DNA of 64,000 nucleotides from positions 14,443 to 78,442 of the forward strand of contig CATMOE010000009.1 of the NCBI GenBank assembly GCA_950072105.1. Direction: 5' to 3'. Below are positions 29,748-39,727 of this stretch, piece by piece. This DNA is from an uncultured Dehalococcoidia bacterium (lineage in GTDB: Bacteria; Chloroflexota; Dehalococcoidia; Lucifugimonadales; UBA3495). Made by a program: the position numbers and the translations under genes. Below the pieces are notes generated by a model. It was not told where the DNA came from and searched no databases. It saw only the letters and a program-made list of their open reading frames with translations. The stretch's first letter is position 1; each line of letters begins with the position of its first letter.

Positions 29748-30890
29748 ATGAAATCAATTGAAGCGGCTCCCATAATCGATGAACAAACTTGCTGGCAGGC
29801 AGTCCTGGAACGGGACCGGCGGAGCGACGGCAAGTTCGTCTACGCTGTCAGGTCCACCGGAATATTCTGCCGTCCTTCCTGTCCTAGCCGAAAGCCTCGC
29901 CGGGAGCAAGTTTCGTTTTATCCGGACCCCGCCACCGCCCAACAACAGGGGTACCGCCCATGCAAGCGATGCCGCCCGCAGGAAGAATCGGGCGAAGACC
30001 CTGATTCCAAGTTGGTGGGATCGGCATGTGAGTATTTGGCGGCTGACAACCCAGACTCGATCGGCTTGGAACAGGTAGCAGCCCAGGTTGGCGCAACTCC
30101 AGCTCGATTGCGCCGGGCATTCAAAAACGTGACCGGCTTGGGTTTCAAGCAGTTTACCGATGCCCGGCGATTGGACCAATTTAAGATTCGGTTGAGGCAA
30201 GGGCAGGACGTGACCGGGGCATTGTACGACGCGGGATACGGCTCCACCAGCCGTCTTTACGAAAAGGCGCCGTCCCAGATGGGGATGACACCGGCCACCT
30301 ACCGCAAGGGCGGTCAAGGCGTCCAAGTAGCCTACACTATCTCGGAGTGCTCCCTGGGCAGAGTTTTAGTGGCGGCCACTGACCGGGGTATCTGCGCTAT
30401 CCACCTGGGGGACGATGCCAACTCCCTGGAATCGGGGCTGGCAATGGAATATCCCAATGCCCAGTTGGAACGAGTCGACGGACCGCTTCAAGAGTGGGTG
30501 GACGGGGTGCTTGCCCGGATAGACGGCCATCCCACCGGCCAGGCGCTGCCCCTGGACGTGAGGGCTACCGCCTTTCAACGCCGGGTATGGCAACACCTGA
30601 CGACGATTCCCCGAGGCGAAACCCGGACCTACGGCCAGGTAGCCCAGGACTTGGGAGAACCAAAATCCGCCCGCGCCGTGGCCCGAGCCTGCGCCGCCAA
30701 CCCTGTGGCCCTGGTGGTGCCCTGCCACCGGGTGGTCCGGCAAGACGGCGGACTGGGCGGTTATCGTTGGGGTCTGGAACGGAAGGCCGCCCTTCTTGAA
30801 AGGGAAAGCTTCAACAGCGAGCCTCTGCAAGATGAAGATCCCGCAGCCGGCACTCCGGCCTCCTCTGCTTCCTTCCCTTTATCTTCATAA
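29748..30890 (+). CDS. ada: Bifunctional Ada transcription regulator / O6-methylguanine-DNA methyltransferase
   Basis: TGIFCRPSC..PCKRC Zn domain, AraC HTH, PCHRV active site. Confidence 0.94.
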   Translation: MKSIEAAPIIDEQTCWQAVLERDRRSDGKFVYAVRSTGIFCRPSCPSRKPRREQVSFYPDPATAQQQGYRPCKRCRPQEESGEDPDSKLVGSACEYLAADNPDSIGLEQVAAQVGATPARLRRAFKNVTGLGFKQFTDARRLDQFKIRLRQGQDVTGALYDAGYGSTSRLYEKAPSQMGMTPATYRKGGQGVQVAYTISECSLGRVLVAATDRGICAIHLGDDANSLESGLAMEYPNAQLERVDGPLQEWVDGVLARIDGHPTGQALPLDVRATAFQRRVWQHLTTIPRGETRTYGQVAQDLGEPKSARAVARACAANPVALVVPCHRVVRQDGGLGGYRWGLERKAALLERESFNSEPLQDEDPAAGTPASSASFPLSS

Positions 30891-31235
30891 AGAAACGGAC
30901 CGCAAGAAACGGACAGCTTCACTGTCCTTCTCGTAGTTCGCCGCTGACGCTCAGGATTTGTCACGCCCCGATCAATGCCACCCTTGCCAGCAGGCCAAAT
31001 CCATTTCAAGCCGAGGTTGCTGGAAACCCACGTCTTAACGCGGGTTTCAGCTAACTTGCCACCTCGCCGCAATCTTCCGGCCACCGTCTATTGTGGAAAC
31101 GAGTCGACCATCCCTCAGATTTGAGAGATGCCATTCCTGATACCCACTATTCCGTCCAATCTTCGAATAATCATGCGGTATCTGTATCATAGTTATCGAT
31201 AAACCCTCGAATATATTCACCTACAGCAGGTCACA

Positions 31236-31264
31236 TTGACTCTTCCTAGGGCATCTGCTAGACT
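31236..31264 (+). promoter_or_regulatory. Sigma70-type promoter of ABC SBP operon
   Basis: TTGACT-17 nt-TAGACT with TG extension. Confidence 0.55.
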
Positions 31265-31328
31265 GGGCCGCCGAATAAGCGCCTACACCAGACTGACTCC
31301 GCCGACAAGCACTATGGAGGTTCTCTTG

Positions 31329-33314
31329 ATGGGTAATCACTGGTTAAGTCCTAAAATTTTAATCTACGTATCGCTCCTGTTACTTCTGTCACTCGCCGTG
31401 GCCTGCGGAGGAACCTCCGCGGAGCCTCAGATTATTGAAAGAGAAGTGATTGTGGAGAAAGAGGTCATCAAGGAGGTACCTGTAGAAAAGCAGGTAATCG
31501 TGCGGGAGGAGGTCATTAGGGAAATCATCAAAGAGGTCCCGGTAGAGAAAGAAGTAATAAGGGAAGTTATTAGGGAAGTTATCAAAGAGGTCCCGGTGGA
31601 AATCGTGGTGGAGAGGATGATAGTACCCACCGCGCAACCTATAGTAAAAGCGGGATCTCTGGCAGGATTTCCTAAAGCCGGAGAGAACGGCGTTCCGAAG
31701 TCGGTGGGCAAGCTCACCATGGCGACGGATAGCTGGGGAGGCAGTGACCTCAACCCGTGGCAGCTCTCGGGCACGACCTTTCTACAAGACCTGTTCAACC
31801 TTTCTATCATGCGGCAGGCCCCCAACGGGGACATAGCCGCCTATTGGGCCGAAACCTTTGAGCAGGACGAAGAGGGAATCACTTTTAAGCTCAACCCCAA
31901 GGCCAAGTTCCAAGACGGCAGCCCCGCCGATGCGCAAGCGCTTTATGACAATTTCCAGGCCATCGGGTGGGACTGGAAAAAGTACGGCTACGAAAACCCC
32001 AGTTGGACCAGTGGCCGGACCAAGACCAATATAGAGTCCATGGAAGTTATCAGTCCCACGGAGCTCCGCATCACGACCAAGGGCCCCAAGCCCATATTTA
32101 TGTGGGAACTGGGTGGCAACGGCTACCATGGATGGTGGGCCGGAAACCCGGCGACTCTCAAGAAAGGGCAAGAAGAATACCTCAAAGACCCCCTGGGAGG
32201 CGGCCCCTTCAGTATAGCCGAATGGGATCCGGGAACTCGGATCGTCTTGGACCGGTGGGACGACTTCTGGGCTGATTACGAGTGGTACCACGCGCCCCAG
32301 TACGAACAGTTAGAGCTGCTGACCGTGCCGGACCACGCCGCCCGCTTTGCTCTCTTGAAGAGCGAGCAGGCCGACATGGTCTACAACGTCCCGTGGCCCG
32401 TCGCAAAGGGCCTGGTCCGTTCTGAGGATTTTAAGCGAGGGATAAATCCAGAGAAAGGAGACCTCTGGACCCAGACCTATCTGGCCAATGGAATGCTGGT
32501 ACTGGATTTCAATCTAGCCTACCGGCTGAGGCAATCTAAGTATCCTGAGGGCCGGGTGGACAAAGGTGATGTTAAGATCAACTACTTCGCCTACCCGGAG
32601 GGGTTCGAAAAAGACCCCACTCTGGACAGCCGGGTACGGCAAGCGTTGAGCCTGGCCATCGACAGGCAGGCGATCTCCAAGGGGCCCCACTTCGGAATGT
32701 CCTTCCCCATCGGGTCTATCTGGCACGCTGGCTCCTTCGGCGCCAGGGAGGAAGTAGTTTTCAACCCCTCTCCCTACAATCCTGAGAGAGCCAAGCAACT
32801 CCTGGCTGAAGCTGGGTACGCCGATGGCTTTGAGATTACCGGTCACTTCGGCCAGTTCGCCGGCCGGCCCGGCATTCCCGAGGCCGTTGACGCCATCTCC
32901 AGCTACTGGCAGGACATTGGAGTTAAGGTAACCTGGGAGGAGCACGACCCATCGGACTTCGTCAATGGTTTCCGGTTCAACAGACTTAAGTGGACGCAAG
33001 TGTCCCTCAGGACCTGGGGCCGTCAAGACAACAGCGGACGGGAAGCCGTTTTGTACCGGCCCTCGTCGGGATATACAGGGGTCACGACTCCAGATATTGT
33101 AGACCTGACCTTCGTCCTCCAGCGGACCACCGATGTTGAAGAACAGGAGCGGCTGCTCGCTGAGATAGAGGACAGGGTGTTGGCCCTGAACGAGACATTC
33201 CCCTTGTATGGAATGACTCTGGTGATGGGTTACACAGACCGGGTGCTGGCTCACCCCACGGTGAAGTTCTCGCCCCACTTCAAGCACCTTGATCTGATCA
33301 CGCTCCGGGACTAA
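31329..33314 (+). CDS. ABC transporter substrate-binding lipoprotein (family 5) with N-terminal EVIKEVPVEK repeats
   Basis: Lipobox AVAC, KFQDGSP, GGPF, VRQALSLAIDR, AKQLLAEAGY; GGAGG RBS. Confidence 0.9.
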   Translation: MGNHWLSPKILIYVSLLLLLSLAVACGGTSAEPQIIEREVIVEKEVIKEVPVEKQVIVREEVIREIIKEVPVEKEVIREVIREVIKEVPVEIVVERMIVPTAQPIVKAGSLAGFPKAGENGVPKSVGKLTMATDSWGGSDLNPWQLSGTTFLQDLFNLSIMRQAPNGDIAAYWAETFEQDEEGITFKLNPKAKFQDGSPADAQALYDNFQAIGWDWKKYGYENPSWTSGRTKTNIESMEVISPTELRITTKGPKPIFMWELGGNGYHGWWAGNPATLKKGQEEYLKDPLGGGPFSIAEWDPGTRIVLDRWDDFWADYEWYHAPQYEQLELLTVPDHAARFALLKSEQADMVYNVPWPVAKGLVRSEDFKRGINPEKGDLWTQTYLANGMLVLDFNLAYRLRQSKYPEGRVDKGDVKINYFAYPEGFEKDPTLDSRVRQALSLAIDRQAISKGPHFGMSFPIGSIWHAGSFGAREEVVFNPSPYNPERAKQLLAEAGYADGFEITGHFGQFAGRPGIPEAVDAISSYWQDIGVKVTWEEHDPSDFVNGFRFNRLKWTQVSLRTWGRQDNSGREAVLYRPSSGYTGVTTPDIVDLTFVLQRTTDVEEQERLLAEIEDRVLALNETFPLYGMTLVMGYTDRVLAHPTVKFSPHFKHLDLITLRD

Positions 33315-33360
33315 TCTGAAACCGGTTCGACAGATTCAAACTCAGTTGGTGACATGGTGA

Positions 33361-33399
33361 ATCCACAGGGACGCCGGCGATGTTGGCGTCCCTGTGGAT
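33361..33399. terminator. Stem-loop between SBP and permease
   Basis: ATCCACAGGGACGCC...GGCGTCCCTGTGGAT. Confidence 0.65.
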
Positions 33400-33475
33400 C
33401 GCCTTAATAGTGACGCCTATGAAATGCTTGATTCGTCATATGCTTATCTGACGTTATCGGGCGGGGGAGCTAAAG

Positions 33476-34411
33476 TTGGGCCGTTACATCATTACGAGAA
33501 TACTACAGGGAGTAATCACGCTGTGGCTGATTAGCGTGGCTGTCTTCTTCATTCTGCGGCTAGGTGGCGGCAATCCCATCGACTACATGCTGCCCGAGGA
33601 TGCGACCCCCGAAGATTATCAGTTGATGACCGAGTCTTATGGATTTGACAAGCCCATAATCGAGCAGTACTGGATCTACAATCTAAATCTGATGCAGGGT
33701 GACCTGGGCAATGCCATGGCTTTTGACCGGCGGCCCACCGTGGAAGTAGTCTGGGAACGGCTCCCCGCATCTCTACACCTGGGCGGTACGGCGCTGGTTA
33801 TCGCCATAGTATTAGGAGTTACCGTTGGGGCGGTGTCGGCGTCCAAGCCCGATTCTCTCTTCGACCGCTTGGGCAAGATTCTAGCAATCTCCGCCCAGTC
33901 CATGCCCATTTTCTGGGTGGGCATTTTGCTGATTCTTCTGTTTAGCGTCTACCTCGGATGGCTGCCCAGCGCTGGCGCAGTCGACGGTTTAGCGATTAAA
34001 CGGTTGATATTGCCCGCAACGTCTCTGGGATTTTTCCTGATCGCATCGCACATGCGAATAACCCGTTCCACCATGCTGGAAGTCCTAGAGTCGGACTACA
34101 TCAAGATGGTCCGGGCCAAGGGCCTTCCGCCGCGCATGGTCCTCTGGAAGCACGCATTCAAGAACGCGTCCATACCCGTGTTCACCCTGTTCTTTGTAAA
34201 TTTCGCCGGCCTCATCTCGGGCGCGGTGATAACCGAGACTATTTTTTCCTGGCCGGGAGTGGGACGTTTGCTGGTCGACTCCTTGATTCAGCGCGACTAT
34301 CCGACGACTCAGGCGGTCATATTTTTCTCAGCCGCTTTTGTTTTGTGCGTAAACATTTTTGTTGACGTGATGTACGCCTGGCTCGACCCTCGCATACGAG
34401 TGGCCCGGTAA
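33476..34411 (+). CDS. Peptide ABC transporter permease (DppB-like)
   Basis: DYIKMVRAKGL, KHAFKNA, ETIFSWPGVG, LDPRIR. Confidence 0.93.
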   Translation: MGRYIITRILQGVITLWLISVAVFFILRLGGGNPIDYMLPEDATPEDYQLMTESYGFDKPIIEQYWIYNLNLMQGDLGNAMAFDRRPTVEVVWERLPASLHLGGTALVIAIVLGVTVGAVSASKPDSLFDRLGKILAISAQSMPIFWVGILLILLFSVYLGWLPSAGAVDGLAIKRLILPATSLGFFLIASHMRITRSTMLEVLESDYIKMVRAKGLPPRMVLWKHAFKNASIPVFTLFFVNFAGLISGAVITETIFSWPGVGRLLVDSLIQRDYPTTQAVIFFSAAFVLCVNIFVDVMYAWLDPRIRVAR

Positions 34412-34429
34412 CCGAAGGGAGCTATTGCA

Positions 34430-35329
34430 ATGCTAAGAGGCGCCGACAACGAACTGATTTTACGCCGGCCATGGAGGATCACAGCGGTTATACCGAAACC
34501 CGTGCGACGGGTTAACTCGGCGCTCCGTGGCGCTCCCAAGCTTTCCTTGCTCTTCATCGTGTTTGCCCTTTTATGCGCTGCCTTTGCTCCGGTCATAGCC
34601 CCTTACGACCCCATTAAAACCGATTTCTCGGCCATCCTTGAAACGCCGAGCTCCGCACATTGGATGGGGGCCGACAACCAAGGCCGGGATATCCTTAGCC
34701 GCACGATTTATGGAGCCCGTATCTCGGTGAGGATCGCGGTCATCGCGGTCTTCCTGGCGGCCAGTGTAGGTACCCTAGTTGCGCTCGTCGCCGGAGTGTT
34801 CAGGGGTTGGGTAGATACGGTCTTAATGCGCATCACCGACGGATTCATGGCGCTTCCCTACCTGATGGTGGCGCTCATGGTGGTTTCCCTGATGGGCGCC
34901 AGCATAACCAATGTGATCCTGGTGATCGGGCTCTTGCGTTGGATGGGATTCGCCCGCGTGATAAGGGGCGAGGTGCTTCGATTGATGGAGTCGGATTTCG
35001 TGCGCCTGGCTAGGGTCGCGGGAGCCAGCCGTTCCCGTATCATGTTCCGGCACATCTTTCCCAACGTAATCAACACTTTGCTGGTTCTGTTAACGCTGGA
35101 GATAGGCCTGGCGGTAATCACCGAGTCGTCTCTTAGCTTCTTGGGGCTGGGAGTCCCAAGGCCCGAACCTTCCTGGGGCAGCATGCTCCGTGACGCCCAG
35201 CAGTACATCTACATCGCCTGGTGGTCGCCGGTGTTTGCCGGACTGGCCATAACCATGCTGGTTATGTCCTGCAATCTTGTAGGGGATTGGCTGCGGGACC
35301 GGACCGACCCTACCCGGCGGCAATTGTAA
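34430..35329 (+). CDS. Peptide ABC transporter permease (DppC-like)
   Basis: GADNQGRD, ESSLSFLGLG, SWGSML, GDWLRD. Confidence 0.93.
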   Translation: MLRGADNELILRRPWRITAVIPKPVRRVNSALRGAPKLSLLFIVFALLCAAFAPVIAPYDPIKTDFSAILETPSSAHWMGADNQGRDILSRTIYGARISVRIAVIAVFLAASVGTLVALVAGVFRGWVDTVLMRITDGFMALPYLMVALMVVSLMGASITNVILVIGLLRWMGFARVIRGEVLRLMESDFVRLARVAGASRSRIMFRHIFPNVINTLLVLLTLEIGLAVITESSLSFLGLGVPRPEPSWGSMLRDAQQYIYIAWWSPVFAGLAITMLVMSCNLVGDWLRDRTDPTRRQL

Positions 35330-35368
35330 AGATCCGGTTGGCCATTACTGGAGGGGAAACCTACTCGT

Positions 35369-35404
35369 TTAAGGGCAGACTGAGAAGACTCAGTCTGCCC
35401 TTAA
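35369..35404. terminator. Bidirectional terminator between convergent ABC genes
   Basis: TTAAGGGCAGACTGAG-AAGA-CTCAGTCTGCCCTTAA perfect inverted repeat. Confidence 0.75.
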
Positions 35405-35423
35405 CTACGTGGAAGACCAGATT

Positions 35424-36482
35424 CTAGGGGGCAGCTTCCGTCCCGCCGTCCTCGGTTTCCGGCTCGAATAGCCGTGCCGCGGGAAGCTCAGCGTGCTTGT
35501 CGATGCTACCGATATGGTCGGGGTATAGATGGCAGGCCACCGTACGGCCATCGGGCAGTTGGGTCAAAGACGGCGTAACTTCCATGCAAGTAGGCATCGC
35601 GTAGACGCAGCGCGGATGAAATGGGCAGCCGCTGGGCGTATCCATCGCACTGGGCACTTCTCCTATGATTGGTATCTGCCAGGGCGGGGTGCGATTCGGC
35701 GGCGTTGACGCCGCCACCAGAGAAGCGGCGTAGGGATGTGCCGGGTCGTCACAGATCTGCTGGGCGCTGCCCAACTCCACCAGCTTGCCCAAGTACATGA
35801 CGCCGATGCGATGACTCATGTGTTCGACAGATGCCAGGTCGTGACTGATCAGGATAAACGATATACCTCTTTGCTCTTGGAGGTCCTTCAGGAGATTGAG
35901 CACTTGCGACCGGATGGAGACGTCAAGATTTGATACAGGCTCGTCGAGGATGATCAGCGCCGGTTCCAGAGTCAGTGCTCTGGCGACTCCGATACGTTGC
36001 CTCTGACCACCACTGAACTCGTGGGGGAACTGGGTCTCGCTGGTTTCAGGCAAGCCAACGGCTCTCAGGGCTTCTTGGACAAGTCTTTTTCTTTCACTTC
36101 TGCTGTACCCGTGAACCTCCAGAGGTTCCGCAATGATGTGACCCACGCGCATCCTGGGATTTAACGCCCCGTAGGGGTCTTGTAATACTGCTTGAACCGA
36201 TCTCCGATACTGCCGGATCTCCGCGCTGGATGCCTTATTCAAGGACTTTCCCTGAAACAAAATATCGCCGGAAGTCGGATCCAAAAGTTTGAGAATGAGA
36301 TTGGCCACGGTGGTTTTGCCGCAACCGGATTCACCCACCAGAGCAAACGTTTCTCCCTGGGACACTCCAAAGGAAATGTCGTCCACGGCCTTAACGTTCC
36401 CAATGGTACGGCCCACGATAACACCGGTCCTCACTGGGAAGTACTTGACCAGGTTTTGGACTTCAATGACTGTATTGTTCAT
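35424..36482 (-). CDS. Peptide ABC transporter ATP-binding protein (DppF/OppF-like)
   Basis: GESGCGKT, FSGGQRQR, LDEP, oligo_HPY C-terminal CPFHPRC. Confidence 0.94.
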   Translation of the reverse strand: MNNTVIEVQNLVKYFPVRTGVIVGRTIGNVKAVDDISFGVSQGETFALVGESGCGKTTVANLILKLLDPTSGDILFQGKSLNKASSAEIRQYRRSVQAVLQDPYGALNPRMRVGHIIAEPLEVHGYSRSERKRLVQEALRAVGLPETSETQFPHEFSGGQRQRIGVARALTLEPALIILDEPVSNLDVSIRSQVLNLLKDLQEQRGISFILISHDLASVEHMSHRIGVMYLGKLVELGSAQQICDDPAHPYAASLVAASTPPNRTPPWQIPIIGEVPSAMDTPSGCPFHPRCVYAMPTCMEVTPSLTQLPDGRTVACHLYPDHIGSIDKHAELPAARLFEPETEDGGTEAAP

Positions 36483-37476
36483 AGTCCTTCTCTAGCAGCC
36501 AGCATCTGGCTTGTTGGCTGTTGCCCAGGTAAAAGGCTGGCGGCGCGTCCCCTTCTTTGCAGGTATCCATAGCTTGCTCACAACGGGGATGAAAGGGGCA
36601 AGCAGGGGGCAGATTACCGGCGTGAGGGGGTTCACCAGGAATCGTTTGCAGGCGGTCCTTCTTTTCGCCCAAAACAGGCAATGCTTTCAACAAGGCTTTA
36701 GTGTAGGGATGGGAAGGATTGTTGAGCACTTGGTCCTTGGGGCCATACTCCACCACTAACCCGCCGTAGAAAACGGCCAACTTGTCGCACAGGTTGCCTA
36801 CTATGCTGATGTCATGAGTAATGAAGATGATCGCCATCCCCGTGGCCTTCTGCAGTTCCTTCAACAGATCCAGATATTGGCGCTGGGTGGTCACGTCCAG
36901 AGCGGTGGTAGGCTCATCTGCGATCAGCAAGTCTGGATGCGGCCCGATGGACGCGGCACTGGAGGAGCGCTGGCGCATTCCTCCGCTAAGTTCGTGGGGG
37001 TAGTTGCGTATCCTTACCTCGGGGTCGTTTATCTTTACCATGCGCAGCAGCTCAATCGTGCCTGCCATTGCCCGCTTCCAGGGCAACCCCTGGTGAACTA
37101 CCAAAGGCTCCGCGATCTGAGTGCCGATGCTAAAAACCGGGTCCAGAGCGGCCATGGAATTCTGGAGAATCATCCCTACCCTTTTGCCTCGGAGATGTCC
37201 CATCTCACGCTCGGAGCTCTTAAGGATGTCCTGGCCGTCGAAGATGATCTCCCCACCGACGATCTGGCCACCGCGGGGCAGTAGCCTGAGGATGGAAAGG
37301 CAAGTGATGGTCTTACCGGAGCCTGACTCTCCGACCAGGCCCAGTGTTTCGCCCTTCTCAAGTTCAAAGCTAACGCCGTTAACCGCTCGAACCAGGCCCC
37401 GCCTGGTCATGAAATGGGTCTTTAGATCTCGAACCTCTAGAAGGGTACCGGCATCGTTATGCTGGTATCCAGACAT
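36463..37476 (-). CDS. Peptide ABC transporter ATP-binding protein (DppD/OppD-like)
   Basis: GESGSGKT, LSGGMRQR, ADEPTTALD, HPYT, CPFHPRC. Confidence 0.94.
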   Translation of the reverse strand: MSGYQHNDAGTLLEVRDLKTHFMTRRGLVRAVNGVSFELEKGETLGLVGESGSGKTITCLSILRLLPRGGQIVGGEIIFDGQDILKSSEREMGHLRGKRVGMILQNSMAALDPVFSIGTQIAEPLVVHQGLPWKRAMAGTIELLRMVKINDPEVRIRNYPHELSGGMRQRSSSAASIGPHPDLLIADEPTTALDVTTQRQYLDLLKELQKATGMAIIFITHDISIVGNLCDKLAVFYGGLVVEYGPKDQVLNNPSHPYTKALLKALPVLGEKKDRLQTIPGEPPHAGNLPPACPFHPRCEQAMDTCKEGDAPPAFYLGNSQQARCWLLEKDYEQYSH

Positions 37477-37685
37477 TTCTGCCGCCTCCTGAATTAGCTT
37501 GTGGGAGGCTTAGTCTATTGTATCCGGCCCGCCTCCGCAAGTTATGTGGGCCAAACCAGAACGGTAACACTCCCGCTTGACACCCCCCAACCGAGATGCC
37601 AGACTAGCCAGCACAGCCTAGTGGCTACCGCCAGCATCCCGGGTCCGAGGCCAACCTCGACCCGTGCGAAGGACAGGAGGAAAAC

Positions 37686-37892
37686 ATGGCAGACGTCAAG
37701 ATTGAGATTCGGGAAAACGGTCCCATGCGAGTATACGGCGCATTCGACTTGGTGGACAAAGACGGCAACTCCTACACCCAACCCGAGGGACAGTGGGTAA
37801 CTCTTTGCCGCTGCGGCCAATCCGGGAAAAAGCCCTTCTGCGACTCCGCACACCGTGAGTGTTCATTCGAGGCGGATAGCGTAGCCAGCTAA
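37686..37892 (+). CDS. CDGSH iron-sulfur domain protein
   Basis: NGP..LCRCGQS.KKPFCDSAH; AGGAGG RBS. Confidence 0.9.
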   Translation: MADVKIEIRENGPMRVYGAFDLVDKDGNSYTQPEGQWVTLCRCGQSGKKPFCDSAHRECSFEADSVAS

Positions 37893-37953
37893 CCGGCGCC
37901 CCCAGAGATTCTAGGATGAAACTAGAATCTGATGGGAACGCCTAGATTTACGA

Positions 37954-38010
37954 AAAAACAGACCGGAGCAGGTTGTTTCTTAAACACCGCTTGGCCCGGT
38001 CTGTTTTTAT
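37954..38010. terminator. Bidirectional terminator
   Basis: AAAAAACAGACCGG...CCGGTCTGTTTTT. Confidence 0.65.
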
Positions 38011-38045
38011 TGTGTTGAGCAGCGATCCGCCGATCACGGCTTCGG

Positions 38046-39116
38046 TCAGCGGCTTCGATAGATAGTTTTGATCGCTCGGACGGACGCCAACCGCTGCTCG
38101 GCTATGCGATCGGCGGCCTTGGCGATCGAAATCTCTTCCTTTTTGGACACTTGGATCACCCTGGACATAATTTCGTAGATCCTCTCAGTCTTTTCCCGAG
38201 CCCTATCGGCGCTATAAGGGGTGCCGATCTCCGCCGACACGTTGATGATGCCCCCGGCGTTGATCAAGTAATCGGGCGCGTACAGGACCCCGCGCCGGTG
38301 CAACTCTTCTCCATCGGCCTCGGTTAACAACTGGTTGTTGGCCCCACCGGCGATCACCCGCGCGGTGATTCTGGGGATGGTGTCCGGGTTGATCACTCCC
38401 CCCAAGGCGCAGGGGGAAAAGATGTCGCACTCCACATCGTAAATCTCGTCCGGAGCCACCACCGGCAAGCCCAACTTCCTGGCTCGGTCCAAAGCCTCTT
38501 CATCTATATCGGTGACCACGATCTGGGAGTCTTCTTTGATCAAGTGATGGGCGGTATAGGTTGCCACCTTGCCAAACCCCTGCATGGCCACCCTTTTCCC
38601 CTTCAAGGAGTCGGTACCCCAAACTTCCTTGGCGCAGGCTTTCATCCCCATGTAGATGCCCAGTCCCGTCATGATGGAAGTGTCGCCACTACCCCCTGCG
38701 GTGATGGGCAGCCCCACAACATATTGAGTTTCCTGGCTGATGTACTCCAGATCGCGCCCGGTGCTGCCGACGTCGGTGGTGACCAGGTACCGGCCGCCCA
38801 GAGTATCCAGGAACCGTCCGAAAGCCCTCAGCATAGCCTCGTTTTTCTGCGTATGCGAGTCCGCGATGATGACCGCCTTGCCCCCTCCCAACGGCAGGTC
38901 CGCAGCCGCCGACTTATATGTCATCGCCCGTGATAGCCGCAGCACGTCTTGGATAGCCTGCTCCTCTGTCTCATAGGGCCAGATCCGGAGACCGCCACAG
39001 GCCGGACCCAGTGTTGTGTCGTGGATCGCGACCATCGCTTTCAGCCCGGTCGCTGGATCGGACCACATCACCAACTGTTCGTAGCCGTAGGACCACATGT
39101 AATCGAATATCTCCAC
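38046..39116 (-). CDS. Glu/Leu/Phe/Val dehydrogenase (leucine dehydrogenase-like)
   Basis: AIHDTTLGPA.GG.R, MTYK, GGGKAVI, PCALGG, GGANNQL, APDYLINAGG. Confidence 0.93.
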   Translation of the reverse strand: MEIFDYMWSYGYEQLVMWSDPATGLKAMVAIHDTTLGPACGGLRIWPYETEEQAIQDVLRLSRAMTYKSAAADLPLGGGKAVIIADSHTQKNEAMLRAFGRFLDTLGGRYLVTTDVGSTGRDLEYISQETQYVVGLPITAGGSGDTSIMTGLGIYMGMKACAKEVWGTDSLKGKRVAMQGFGKVATYTAHHLIKEDSQIVVTDIDEEALDRARKLGLPVVAPDEIYDVECDIFSPCALGGVINPDTIPRITARVIAGGANNQLLTEADGEELHRRGVLYAPDYLINAGGIINVSAEIGTPYSADRAREKTERIYEIMSRVIQVSKKEEISIAKAADRIAEQRLASVRAIKTIYRSR

Positions 39117-39342
39117 AGATCAACCTCCTGAAGTGGGGCAAGATGGAACATCCTCACAAGATTAGATGCCAAGCACCGGAGGATGGACCAACGTACGTGA
39201 AAACTTGCTTGTTAAGCACCAAGCCGGCCACGTTTATCTAATACTCCTGAATTATAAACCACTGCTTAAGCTGGCAATCGTGTAAACCCTCTTTGTTCCT
39301 GCTGCCAATAAACTGCTTCCGGGTGGCGCTTCATTATTACTA

Positions 39343-39576
39343 CCGCATCACTACCGCAATTCCGCCGGCAAGAAGAACGACCGGCTGATGCTGGATTTCA
39401 CCGCTGAAGGCGACGCTCTGGCCTGGACTTTGGACAAGATCAAGAACCGGTTACCCATCATGCTGCTTCGATGCGAGGCCGATGAGGTCGCCCGCGACCT
39501 CGACCAGAAGGACGTGGACGCCGCGTTGCCCAAGATCGTGGCCTGGGCCGAGACCATGACTCACCGCCGGGCTTAA
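39343..39576 (+). pseudogene. Probable 5'-truncated remnant (C-terminal part) of a conserved hypothetical protein
   Basis: Strong GC3 coding signal (PHHYRNSAGKKNDRLMLDFTAEGDALAWTLDKIKNRLP..) with no clear RBS or start; own terminator at 39601-39630. Confidence 0.4.
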
Positions 39577-39600
39577 GCAGATATTCACAGATTTGCCAAG

Positions 39601-39630
39601 TAAGAAGGCTCCCGTTTGGGAGCCTTCTTA
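39601..39630. terminator. Hairpin terminator
   Basis: TAAGAAGGCTCCC-GTTT-GGGAGCCTTCTTA. Confidence 0.7.
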
Positions 39631-39727
39631 AATTTCCAGCCCCCTATTCTCCTAGCCGCCTTAGACTGGAAACCGTTCAGATGTTAGAATCCCCAGCAAT
39701 GGCCGCCAAGGCCAAACAGGAGGACGC

